A stretch of 64,000 nucleotides of DNA from an uncultured delta proteobacterium (GTDB lineage: Bacteria > Desulfobacterota > Binatia > UBA9968), in NCBI GenBank assembly GCA_963737905.1, contig CAVTUQ010000019.1, forward strand, positions 32,001 to 96,000. The letters run 5' to 3'. The notes beneath the pieces were generated by a model. The model had not been told where the DNA came from. It was given only the letters and a program-made list of their open reading frames with translations, and made no database searches. How positions within the stretch are numbered: position 1 is the stretch's first letter; every line of letters begins with the position of its first letter. The translations under genes were made by a program, and so were the position numbers. Shown here piece by piece: positions 1 to 10,064 of the stretch.

Positions 1-3000
1 ATTCTGACTGCTGTGGAGCCGATAGTTCCCGACCCAGTCGTATTTCTAGATGAAGCAGAATCGGCGGGGCTCGGAAAGTTACTTAGTAACCCTCAAACTC
101 TTGAGTTTATAGCGCGTGCTTGGGGAAGCGACAAGAAGCCTAAAAACAAATTCGAGGCATATGAGATAGGAATCTCTGAACTACTTAAGGAGACGAATGA
201 TAAACATGCGCGCAGCGTGCTTAGGTCCGGTAGCGAATTACGCAAAGCTGCAAGCGCCGTCGCGTCGATACTGCTCCTTTCGAACTCCGCCGGTATTGCG
301 CGGACAGAGCCGGCAAGCGGCAATGACTATACCATTCTCTCGGTTGTACCATATCCGAACAGAGATGCAATTGATGCTGTTTTGAGACGGCGGCTTTTTA
401 TTTCCCCGGAGAGCGGATCGGTTCGAACTGATTCATCGTACCGTTGCTGAGTTCTTGGCCGCAGAGGATTTATTCGATCGGATCCAGAAGGGTCTTCCAA
501 TTGATCGGGTAATGGCGCTGATATGCGGGAGTCGACGGGAGGCCCGTCTCCTCGCTTCGAGGTCTTTTCGCCTGGTTGATGTGCAGGCTTCGCCAGCGCG
601 CCGAGGATTACGTCGAGCGTGACCCCTATGGAGTTGCTACATATGGCGATGCCAGCGTATTGCCGCCAAGCGGCCAAAGGGCAATCTGGGCTGGACTTCG
701 GAGGCTTCGTGATCCGTGGTTTCTCGGGAACGAAGACGACCGCGGCTCGTTCCGTGGCCTCGCCAACAAAAATACGGCCAAAATGGTTACTGAAATCTTC
801 CAAGATCCGGCAAGCGGAGTTCATCTGCGAATCGCCGCGCTCGAAGCAGCCGCCAATACCAGAGAAGACATTGGATTGAAAGCCACTTTTCGAGACATGA
901 CGCTAGCGAAACACGAAAGCGAATGGCTTAGATCAAAAGCATTAAACGCCTTCGCGGAATCGGTCAAGAACGATTGGGCGCTACTAGAGGCTCTCGATCG
1001 CGAACTTGCCCAAGCGGCCGATGATGCGACCGCCTCTGAAGTACGGGTTAAATTGCTCTGCCTGACGCCAGGATGTGGTATCTTGCCCTTGCGGTTGCTC
1101 TCGATTCTGGAGCAGGCTGCCTCTGCAAAAAATGAAAGGCATGTTCTTGGCGGTTTCCGTTCACTGATTGATCTACCGTCCGATTCCGATTTGACTGCGA
1201 TTCTTGACGGCGACATTCTCGAGGTATTAACGCCGGAGAAGAAGAAATACTATTTTGAGCTCCGCTCAATTTTCGATAAATGGTTGAAGCGGCGTCTAGA
1301 CGGCCCCGCACCGACCGCGGCAATACAGCTAGCCAGTTGGATCAAAAGCATACAGGTCGGGCGGGACCGATATCCCGAGCTGACACTGGCATCTTTAAAA
1401 GCACGATTTGAACGGGAGCCGTCGCTCTTTGAAGAAGTGTTCGAAGAGCTCGCCAGTAAGCCAGGCAAGGAACGGTCGTTCTTGTTTTTTGTCTTTCACG
1501 ATGTGCGGCGACTATTGCCGGCGACAATATGGCCTATTCCTCAATGCGAATTCTTCTTGGCCCGCGCCGAGAAGGAAAACGATCCCGAACGTGGCGCCGC
1601 ATTCTTCCAGATGTATCTGCATTGCTTCCCAAGCGAGGGAGCATCTGTCGCACTAGCTGAGGCGGGTTTCAATTTGTTGGATCGTCGACGTGATCTGGCG
1701 GAGACACTCGGAGATTGGAACATTTGTAAAATCGAAGAATCGCAAAAGGATCAGTCGGAGAGACTTCAAAAAGAGAGTCGAGAACGCTCCGAGAATCGCG
1801 CGCAAATCATTGCGTACTTAACACCGCGCCTCACTACCATTCGAGAGGGAAGCGAGGAAAAGGTCCGACTGTGGGCGGTCCGGTTCTATTTAGGGTTTGT
1901 TGAGGGGACTGAAGATGTGTCCGAGCCGCGGGAGCGCCTAGTTAAATTCACGACCGAAGAGATCGCAGATGCTCTTATTGAGGGAATCATCCGGTACGCG
2001 CAGAATCCAGCCGTCGCGCAAAAAGGGAACGGTGAATTCCAACTATGATTTATTGAGTCTGTCGGTCTTTCTACGATTCACTGAAGACATGACCGTACCC
2101 GAGGACGCGCTGCCGAATTGTATCGCGGCGGTAGTCACCTCCTACTTAGGTGATACTTTGCCGGACTATGATGGCAAGCTGTCCAAATGGCTGCTTCGAC
2201 AAGCGTCCGAAAAACCAACCGTTGTGAAATCTGTTCTAAAGAGGATGTGGGTTTCTGACGGGACGAGTAAGAAAAGGCTACTGCCGGGCTTTGATGTATT
2301 GAGCCGTGATCCCGGCTCTCAACAATTCCTCGCTTCGTTGTCAGCCGATGTTCTCAAGACGGGGATCAATGAAGATCACGGAGCAGTTGCCGAACTGGTA
2401 TCCGTCCTTCTGCGTCATGATCGGGAGGAAGCCCTCGCCATCGGAGAGAGTGAGCTCATACGAAACGAATTGTCGCCGGAAGTGCGAGCCATCTGGATCA
2501 CTATCCTTTTTGTGATCGATCCGAGTCGGTATTTGCAGGCTTGGAGAACCTACATGTCGCGACCAGATGCGGCTCTATGGGAAGCCATTGATGTCGTTAG
2601 AGACGGTCGCGACGGAAGGAAAAATGGCATTAGCCTCACGTCAGAACAACGCACGGAAGTCATAGCGTCGGTCGGGGCGCGGTTTCCTGAACGTCGGACA
2701 CCCTTCCGACGACTGGATCGATAACCGAGACCCATGGGACGCGTCGGAATTTGTCGGCAAACAAATCAAGCTGTTAGCCACCGACATCTCGCCAACCACT
2801 GATGCTCAACTTGAACGGTTGGAAATTAGTGACGCCTTGTTAAGTTACCGCGAATTGATCAGGCACCAAAGGGCGCAGCATCAAAAGCGGCGGCGTGATT
2901 CTAGCTTTTTGTTTGCATCGCCCGAGCAAGTCGCCCATGCCATTTTAAATTGCGCTCCTGCTACTTCGGGTGATTTTCTGGCTTTCATAGTCGATCACTT

Positions 3001-3509
3001 GAACGCCCTATCGCGAGAATTGACCGGAACGCAAAGAGAGAGATACCGCGCCTACTGGAATGAGAGGGGCGTACCTGCAAGCCGAAACGCGAGGAAGAAT
3101 GCTCGGGGTTTTTAGCAGACGATTTACAGAATAGAATTGATGCTCATGGCCTTATAGTTACGGTAGAACACCACATGATTGACAACAAGGAATGCGATAT
3201 AGTCGCGTCGCAGGGAACCGATCGGCTATTGCCGATAGAGGTGAAGCATCACTACAACCCGAAACTTTGGACGGCATGGCAAACCCAGCTCGATCGCCTA
3301 TACACAGAGACGCAAAGGCGGGCAGACTCGGCATCTATCTCGTTCTCTGGTCGGGCGAGGCCAAGAATAGGAAGATGCCGAAGCTTCCGAACGGCATCAA
3401 ACGTCCGACTAGCGCGGCTGAACTTAAGAACGCGATTGAATCACTCGTCCCGGAAGCGGATCGGCACCGGCTTAAAGTGGTCGTCGTGGATATTTCGGAG
3501 CGGACCTGA
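1..3509 (+). pseudogene. Large NACHT/STAND-type NTPase-associated protein, C-terminal part, with a C-terminal PD-(D/E)xK-like nuclease; broken by several frameshifts and 5'-truncated by the window edge
   Basis: Consecutive + strand ORFs 13-450, 576-2048, 1969-2724, 2819-3115 and 3175/3192-3509 read as one protein when frames are shifted. HRTVAEFLAA at ~433-462 matches the NACHT winged-helix FxHxx(F/I)xEFLAA motif. ECDIVA...LPIEVK followed by GIYLVLW is a restriction-endonuclease-like motif. Confidence 0.7.
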
Positions 3510-3776
3510 TGCCTGCTAACTTCGTTCGAGCTGACAAATGGAAAAAAAAGCGGCAATGGCGGTGAATGTGAATTTCCACTAAATGACGATGGGTGGACGA
3601 CTTCCACTCTGGGCGGTATTCTCTAATTGAACTGAATTCTCCTACAGTCAAACCCCGCGCGCAAACGGGTATGCCAGAAATGTGTACAGAAGCACATTGG
3701 TCAGCGGTTCAGAAAAAATTGATAAGGGGAGTTAAAGGGTCAGGCGTCTCTCCTCTCCCTAATTCAACCTATCTCT

Positions 3777-3960
3777 TCATACCACTCTTCGTGCTGTGAC
3801 CAGCGCTGGCAGCTTAAGCAGATCGTCCAGCGCCATTGGTGACCGGCAGCCAGGGCAGCGCCCGCGGGTCTTAAACATTCCACGCCGTGCCGCCGCCTTC
3901 GAAGAATTACTCCGGGTATCGCCGCAATAATGGGGGCTCGATGCTTTCCGACGCGATACG
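3777..3960 (-). pseudogene. Degenerate copy of the Cys-rich zinc-ribbon gene at 7288-7644
   Basis: accactcttcgtgctgtgaccagcgctggcagcttaagcagatcgtccagcgccattggtgacc... aligns with 7306-7480, with indels. Remnant peptides include YCGD and TRGRCPGC. Confidence 0.75.
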
Positions 3961-4100
3961 CCTACCCTTTGTTCGCTTCGGGCTAATCCACAATATTTCT
4001 TTTTGATCTTGAGTCTACGTGGGTTCTTCCTGGGTTGGCGAATCCAGTCCCTGCGTAGTATCTTGAGAGAGATCTCTTTGATCGGGTGATTTGTACTCTT

Positions 4101-4361
4101 ATGCCGACGATCAGCGTTTTCTATGGCATCGTGATTCAGATGTTTTGGCGGGATCATGGGCCGCCGCACTTCCATGCTCTGTACGCCGAGCACGAAGCAT
4201 TGATTGACTTGGTAGACTTGCGTGACATTCGCGGCTCTTTGCCCGAGCGAGCAATGAAGTTAGTATTGGAGTGGGCGACCGAACATCGCGATGAATTGAT
4301 GGAGAATTGGAGCCTGTGCAGTCAACTGAAAACACCGAAGGCAATCGAACCGCTGAAGTAG
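4101..4361 (+). CDS. DUF4160 family protein (DhiT-like toxin of a type II TA pair)
   Basis: MPTISVFYGIVIQMFWRDHGPPHFHALY is the characteristic DUF4160 N-terminus, and it is paired with a DUF2442 gene. Confidence 0.85.
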   Translation: MPTISVFYGIVIQMFWRDHGPPHFHALYAEHEALIDLVDLRDIRGSLPERAMKLVLEWATEHRDELMENWSLCSQLKTPKAIEPLK

Positions 4362-4651
4362 AACCGGCGATATGGCATACCGTTCCGTGGCGTGTGACGT
4401 CTGTGACCGCTTTGCCGGATTCTCGGCTTCATGTGACTTTTGTGGATGGGGTGGTCGGGGATGTCGATATGCGCTCGTTTCTGAGCGATCCAAAGATCGA
4501 CAGCACCATTTTCGAGTCGCTGCGGGATCAAGCAGTCTTTGCTCAAGCCCGCGTCGTGCTGGGAGCGGTTCAGTGGCCGAACGGCGCCGATCTGGCCCCG
4601 GATGCGATGTATGATGCCATTCGTGAATATAGCGTTTGGGTTTTGAATTGA
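4307..4651 (+). CDS. DUF2442 family protein (DhiA-like antitoxin)
   Basis: VTSVTALPDSRLHVTFVDG...FESLRD...VQWPNGADLAPDAMY; overlaps the DUF4160 gene. Exact start is uncertain. Confidence 0.85.
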   Translation: MEPVQSTENTEGNRTAEVEPAIWHTVPWRVTSVTALPDSRLHVTFVDGVVGDVDMRSFLSDPKIDSTIFESLRDQAVFAQARVVLGAVQWPNGADLAPDAMYDAIREYSVWVLN

Positions 4652-4654
4652 GAC

Positions 4655-4790
4655 GCCAGGAAGGAAAAGTCACGGAGGCGCAGGCCAAACGAATCGCGGA
4701 TGAGGCCAAGCACTACGCGCGCAAAGCTCGGCGCAGATAGCCTGTGCTCCGAGCGGTCCTTGATGCCAATGTAGTGATCAGTACCGTCAG
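4655..4790 (+). pseudogene. Remnant of an antitoxin 3' end followed by a PIN/VapC toxin 5' end
   Basis: ...EAQAKRIADEAKHYARKARRR* then GTG at 4744 giving VLRAVLDANVVIST, the PIN N-terminal VLDxNV motif. The similarity then ends. Confidence 0.55.
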
Positions 4791-5030
4791 GACGAATCCT
4801 GACAAGCCCATCTTCTTTCTCTCAAAGCTTACGAAAGTATTCGCATTATAACTCCTCGAGTATTCCTGGGTTTGCTCTAGTCACGGACGGAGAGCGACGC
4901 ATGGATCTTTCGGCGGCGCCATGATAATCAGTTGGCGGCCGGCGCGCTCAGGAGTTGACGCGAATGGCGTCATTTTATTTGTTGTCAGATGCTGGGACGT
5001 TCGGGATTCAAGCGAAAGGCGGTTATTCAA

Positions 5031-6091
5031 ATGCGTTTTGGCATGCAGTTCTATCCGTTGCCCGCCGCCCCACAGACGGCGGCTTACGCCAGGCGGGCGA
5101 TGTCGCAACATCCGTTCGAACGGCTCTGGGTTCCCGATCATCTGACTCACGAGAATCCGTTCGTGACCCTGGCGGCGATTCTCGCCGAAACGCGCGCCAA
5201 TGTGGGCACGTCGGTGACCAACCCCGTGTGCCGGACGCCGGTGGATCTTGCCTCCAGCTTCAGTGCCCTCGCCCATCTGGCGGGCGAGCAGGGCGTCACG
5301 GCGGGAATCGGCGCCGGCTCCGCGTCGTCCAACATGATTCGCAAAGAGCGCCGGATCGGCATGCTGCGCGAGATGATCTTGTTTCTCCGAGAAATGTTTA
5401 GCGGGCGGCGGGTCAGGTTAGGAAAGTTTCCCGACCTGACCGGCTTCTTTCGCCTCGACTCGACGCCGAGGCGTTCCTGCGCATGCCGCCGGAGCGATCG
5501 CCGGAAATTTTTGTCGCGGCCGCCGGGCCGCAGAGCCTAAGAATCGCCGGTGAACTCGGCGACGGTTTGATCATCAGCAACCTCTCCTTTCCCTCGGCAT
5601 TGATTCGTCAAGGCGCTCTGGCGGATGCTCTGGCCAATCTCCCAGTGCGTCGCGCGCATTTCACCAAAGTGCTCCACCTGCATGTCTCGGTGGCGCGCGA
5701 CGGCGCGGCGGCGCGGCGCTGCTCCCGGCGCATGGCCGTCAACGGCCTGATCGGCGGACATCTACTGGGCAAGAGGATGGTCGAGCTGCCGGTGCCGGCC
5801 GCGACGCGGGCCGTCATTCAGGAGGGTCACCGGCAGGGCAAGACCGTTGAAGAACTCGACCCGCTGATCAGCGAGCGCGTGATCGAAGAGAGCGGCATCG
5901 TCGTCGCGGGCACGCCCGCGGAGTGCCTTGCCCAACTCGACGAAGTGCTGCGCTTGGCCAAACCCTATCGCTTCGACATCGTGGACATGGCCTCGCCCCT
6001 CGGCCCCGATTGGAACGAGGCCATCGACATCATCTGCCAGGAGATTCTGCCCGAGCTCGAGCGCCGTTCGAGCGCTTATGTCGAAAATTGA
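5031..6091 (+). CDS. LLM-class (luciferase-like) flavin-dependent oxidoreductase, one frameshift near 5465
   Basis: FERLWVPDH, VGTSVTNP, AGIGAG in ORF 4989-5540. IFVAAAGPQSLRIAGELGDG and VAGTPAEC in ORF 5483-6091. Confidence 0.85.
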
Positions 6092-6133
6092 TAGCGTAAA
6101 TATCCGCGGCGACAGACGGAAGGAGCACCAACG

Positions 6134-7183
6134 ATGCGGAAGATGTTTATCGTTCTGATTCACGCGTGGCTAACTTCACCGCCAATGATAAGCGCCGCGG
6201 AGCAGCCGTACTTCCAGGGCAAGACCGTGACGCTGCAAGTCGGCGCTCCCGCGGGCGGGAGGCAGGATCGCATCGCCAGAACCATGGCCAAGTATTTCTC
6301 CAAATACACGCCGGGCAATCCGGCATTCTTGATTCAAAACAAGACCGGCGGACAAGGGATACCCGCCATGTTGGCTCTTAGCAAGGGGCCCACCGATGGG
6401 AGCTTCATGTCGACGGTCATCTCCTCGTATTTGGAAGCGCCTTACTTCGGCGCGCCTGGGGCGACGTATGAACCGCGAAGCTTCGTCTACGTTGGCGGTC
6501 CGAGCACCGGCAAACAGCGAAACGTTCTTTTTTTTCATCAACGAGCAGGAATCAAAACGTTGGACGATGTAAAAAGCCGGGAAGTGACCCTCGGCTCCCA
6601 GGGAGTCGGCAGCCGAAGTTATCTCTACTCCCGGCTGATGACCGAAGTTTTGGGGCTCAAGGTTCGGTGGGTCCTGGGCTATGACACGCTCCAGCTCAAC
6701 GTCGCGATGGAGCAAGGCGAGGTGCAGGGCCGGGTGAACGATGCCGCTTCCATGATGACCGATAAGTCCGAATGGTTTGCCAATCGCGAGATTGTTGCGC
6801 TGCTGGCGATGACCTTGCCGGCGGAATTGCCGCCGGTCAAGCATCCGATGTTCGAAGGGATTCCGTCGATTATGCAATTCGCCAAGACCGATGTGCAAAA
6901 AAACATTATTCAGAAAATCAACTCCACCGGCCGGCTGGGCGCCGCTCTGGCTTTCCCGCCGGGAACTCCCGAAGCGATTCGCGGGATCATGGAAGAAGCG
7001 CTGCTAAAAGTCGGCAAGGATCCGGCGTTTAGAAAAGATTGGGAAGAGCTGGTTTTGGAAGGACTTGCGTTCGAGCAGATGTTTTCCGGCAAAGAGATTT
7101 TCGAAAACGTGAAAATCTATACAGATTGGCGGCCCGAAATCCTGAGCATGTACAAGAGGCTGGCCCACGAAGCGCCAAAATAG
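6134..7183 (+). CDS. Tripartite tricarboxylate transporter substrate-binding protein (TctC/Bug family)
   Basis: Signal peptide, YFQGKTVTLQVGAPAGG, PGNP...QNKTGG, AMEQGEVQG, FPPGTP. Confidence 0.85.
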   Translation: MRKMFIVLIHAWLTSPPMISAAEQPYFQGKTVTLQVGAPAGGRQDRIARTMAKYFSKYTPGNPAFLIQNKTGGQGIPAMLALSKGPTDGSFMSTVISSYLEAPYFGAPGATYEPRSFVYVGGPSTGKQRNVLFFHQRAGIKTLDDVKSREVTLGSQGVGSRSYLYSRLMTEVLGLKVRWVLGYDTLQLNVAMEQGEVQGRVNDAASMMTDKSEWFANREIVALLAMTLPAELPPVKHPMFEGIPSIMQFAKTDVQKNIIQKINSTGRLGAALAFPPGTPEAIRGIMEEALLKVGKDPAFRKDWEELVLEGLAFEQMFSGKEIFENVKIYTDWRPEILSMYKRLAHEAPK

Positions 7184-7287
7184 TTAGATTCAAGGAGTTT
7201 GATTTCGATCGTGAGTGAGTGTCTCTGCCAACCGATTTTGTTTTCGTTGCCTTTGGCGCGAAGTAAAAGGTCTGCCTTGTCTTCGAT

Positions 7288-7644
7288 TCAATCCTGATTC
7301 TCATACCACTCTTCATGCCGCGACCAGCGCTGGCAGCATAGACAGATGGTCCAGCGCCATTGGTGGCCGCAGCCGGGGCAGTGCCCGCGGGTCGTAAACG
7401 TATTCCACGCCGTCCCGCAGCCTTCGAAGAAGTACTCCGGGTAATCGCAGTCGCCGCAATACCAGCGGCTCGATGGGTTCGGACGCCATTTACAAAGCGG
7501 GCAACGAACACGGCTGAACTCTTTCGCTTTGTCGTGAGCTGTAGCTTTCTTAGTGCTTTCCGCTGGCTTCAATCTCTCTTGGAAAAGCCGGAACACTATC
7601 GCGCGATGCAGAAGTTGCAGCACTTGTTTTTGTAGCGGGGCCAT
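7288..7644 (-). CDS. Cys-rich zinc-ribbon hypothetical protein
   Basis: CPLC...CGDC...C...CPGC...CLCC...H motifs in 118 aa; directly downstream of the hydrolase gene. Confidence 0.7.
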   Translation of the reverse strand: MAPLQKQVLQLLHRAIVFRLFQERLKPAESTKKATAHDKAKEFSRVRCPLCKWRPNPSSRWYCGDCDYPEYFFEGCGTAWNTFTTRGHCPGCGHQWRWTICLCCQRWSRHEEWYENQD

Positions 7645-7656
7645 TTCTTTGCTCGT

Positions 7657-8559
7657 TTAAGGCAAGTTCTCAGGCAGGTGTTTGAGAAAGAAGTCTTTAA
7701 TCCTGGTTCGGTAGTCGGAAGCCAATTGACCGTGGGCATACTGTTCGTGGAACCAAAACTCGGCGTTGGGATTTTTTGCCAGGGCCTGCTGCAACAATCG
7801 GGCGTGGGAAAAGGGAATCACGGCATCAGCAGACGAGTGGATCAAGAGGATCGGAATCGTGGTGTTGCGGATACGATCTGCCGGCGATGCATCTCTCACA
7901 TCGACGCCAAGAAAAAGCTTGGCCCAGATACCGACAAGATACGCAATCGGATAGTTGAGCACTGGGATTCGAAGAAGCTCGAAAGCCATGTCCGCGAGAC
8001 TAGCGTAACTTGATTCTGCGATGACCGCTCTGATCTCGGGAGCTTTCTGGATCGCCATCAGAGCCACGGCGCCACCCATAGAAAATCCCCACACGCCTAC
8101 TTCGTTTATCCCTCTAGTTCGCAGAAATTGAATCGCCGCGAGGAGATCTTCGACCTCCTTAGCACCGGCCGTCGAATAGCTCCCCTCGCTTTTCCCGAGA
8201 TAGCGGAAATCGAATAAGAGCAGATTAAAGTCATCATGCAGAAACGCCAGCGCAGGCAAGATATTTCCTTTATCCGCAGGGTAGCCGTGGAGCAGGATCA
8301 ACGTTTTCTGGTTTTTTTTCATAGATGGGATATACCAGCCGCGGAGCGTGAGGCCGTCCGCCGTTCTGAACGACACGTCCTCGTAATTCATCTTCAAGTC
8401 GCGCGGGGTGATTGAGGAGATAATCTTCGGCGGTCGAATCGAAGAATAAAAGCCCCAGAGGCTAATGATGATCAGAACTGAAACGACGATAAGGACAATA
8501 CGGAGGATTGCTGCGTCCACCTTTGCGCGCATTGTCCCCGACGGGGCGAGAGCTGTCAA
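7657..8559 (-). CDS. Membrane-anchored alpha/beta hydrolase
   Basis: N-terminal TM helix, LILLHGY, FDFRYLGKSEG, nucleophile GFSMGG, IHSSAD, C-terminal His. Start is uncertain. Confidence 0.88.
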   Translation of the reverse strand: MTALAPSGTMRAKVDAAILRIVLIVVSVLIIISLWGFYSSIRPPKIISSITPRDLKMNYEDVSFRTADGLTLRGWYIPSMKKNQKTLILLHGYPADKGNILPALAFLHDDFNLLLFDFRYLGKSEGSYSTAGAKEVEDLLAAIQFLRTRGINEVGVWGFSMGGAVALMAIQKAPEIRAVIAESSYASLADMAFELLRIPVLNYPIAYLVGIWAKLFLGVDVRDASPADRIRNTTIPILLIHSSADAVIPFSHARLLQQALAKNPNAEFWFHEQYAHGQLASDYRTRIKDFFLKHLPENLP

Positions 8560-8597
8560 CTTCGCGCTGTAGCCTCGGTTCGCCGATAAAAATTGGT

Positions 8598-8810
8598 TCT
8601 TCCGGGTTTACTGTGAAACAGTATTCACCACGAGAGGGCCAGCGCGGCAGGGCCGCAAGAAAAAGTCAGAATATCTCGCGCAAAGGCGCAAAGCATGTCC
8701 TGAGCGCAGTCGAAGGGACCGCCAAGTTCGGACAAGTAACAAGAAGTTTTTCTTTGCGTCTTGGCGCGATCAATTTTCCAACTCCGCGCCCTCAGCGTCT
8801 CCGTGGTGGG
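8598..8810. repeat. Composite nested palindromic repeat element
   Basis: Shares cttccgggtttactgtgaa.agtattcacc and the terminal ccctcagcg.ctccg.ggt with 11561-11675. Contains internal tctcgcgcaaaggcgcaaag...ctttgcgtcttggcgcga arms and the 24-bp element gcatgtcctgagcgcagtcgaagg. Confidence 0.65.
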
Positions 8811-8880
8811 TCACATGAAGGTTTGAAGAGCTTAAAATTCAACGGCTATACGAGATTAGTTGATGCATTAACAACTCGCC

Positions 8881-8909
8881 TTGCAGTTTCATTCGGCCAA
8901 GACTATAGA
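8881..8909 (+). promoter_or_regulatory. Putative sigma70 promoter of the cupin-UbiD operon
   Basis: TTGCAG-17 nt-TATAGA about 55 nt upstream of the ATG at 8964. Confidence 0.4.
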
Positions 8910-8963
8910 ATCTGTTTAGCTCGGTAACGGGGTTCCAATTATTTGAACGAGACAGGTTGATTC

Positions 8964-10001
8964 ATGAGACTGCCCCATCGTGATCCGATACGTTTGGGTC
9001 CGACACCCTATGAAGTTTTTCAGGAAAGAGAAGGTATTCCTTCCGTCAAAGGGTTTTTTGTCGAAGATTTGATGGATGTCGAGGTCAAACTATGGGAACG
9101 TATGGGCGCCCTGGGGTCGTTTCTGAATCTCGGCGAGCAGCAGGAGACGGACGCGTACGTTTGCGAGATACCGCCCGGCCGGCAGACGAATCCGCAAAGG
9201 CATCTGTTCGAGACCCTCGTTTACATTCACAAGGGCCGCGGCGCGACGACGGTGTGGTTCGAAGAAAATGCTAAACAGACTTTCGAGTGGAGCGCCGGAG
9301 CGATCTTCGCGATTCCGCTGAACGTTTCTTATCAGCATTTCAATGTTTCCAACGAACCGGTGCGTTTTCTTGGCGGCACCAATGCCCCGCACGTGATCAA
9401 TCTGTTTCACAACGATGATTTTATTTTTCGTAATCCGTTCCAGTTCCGCGACCGGTTTCGCCCCGAACGCGAGTTTTTTCAAGAAAATAAACGCCTGACC
9501 GTCCGTTCGTGGGAAAGTAATTTGGTGCCCGACGTCAATGAGTTCGCTCTCGATGATTATCCGATGAAGGGTAAGGGCGTAAAAATCATGCGCTTTGGTC
9601 TCGCGGGAACAACCTATGGCTGCCACGTTCAGGAATTTCCTCCTGGCAGCCGGAGCACGTTTCACCGCCACGGGCCGGGCGCGATTGTCTGTGTGACGCA
9701 AGGAGAAGGCTTCGCCATGGTCTGGCGCGAAGGCGAAGAGCCGACACGTTTCGAGATCAAGCCTGGGTCCATTTATTCGCCCGGCGATCTCATGTACCAC
9801 GGCCATTTCAACACGGGACAGACGACCTTGCGTCACTTCGCCATGCGGGGCCGGAGCCCGAAGTACAGTCAGGACCGCTATCGAACCAAGCTCCATGAAA
9901 TGATTCCGTTCGATGAAGAGCCGCCGGATATTCATCCAATGTTTCTGGAAGAGTTGAAACGAAAGGGCGTAAAGAGCGAAGTCTCATTGGTAGAGGAATA
10001 A
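8964..10001 (+). CDS. Bicupin protein (gentisate 1,2-dioxygenase-like fold)
   Basis: Two cupin motifs: QRHLFE...YQHFN and FHRHGPG...YHGHFN. Confidence 0.85.
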   Translation: MRLPHRDPIRLGPTPYEVFQEREGIPSVKGFFVEDLMDVEVKLWERMGALGSFLNLGEQQETDAYVCEIPPGRQTNPQRHLFETLVYIHKGRGATTVWFEENAKQTFEWSAGAIFAIPLNVSYQHFNVSNEPVRFLGGTNAPHVINLFHNDDFIFRNPFQFRDRFRPEREFFQENKRLTVRSWESNLVPDVNEFALDDYPMKGKGVKIMRFGLAGTTYGCHVQEFPPGSRSTFHRHGPGAIVCVTQGEGFAMVWREGEEPTRFEIKPGSIYSPGDLMYHGHFNTGQTTLRHFAMRGRSPKYSQDRYRTKLHEMIPFDEEPPDIHPMFLEELKRKGVKSEVSLVEE

Positions 10002-10064
10002 AACTGTTCAAGGTTCCAAGTTCAAAGTTCAAGGTCAAAAGTCTCGGAGATCAGGAGAAATAAG

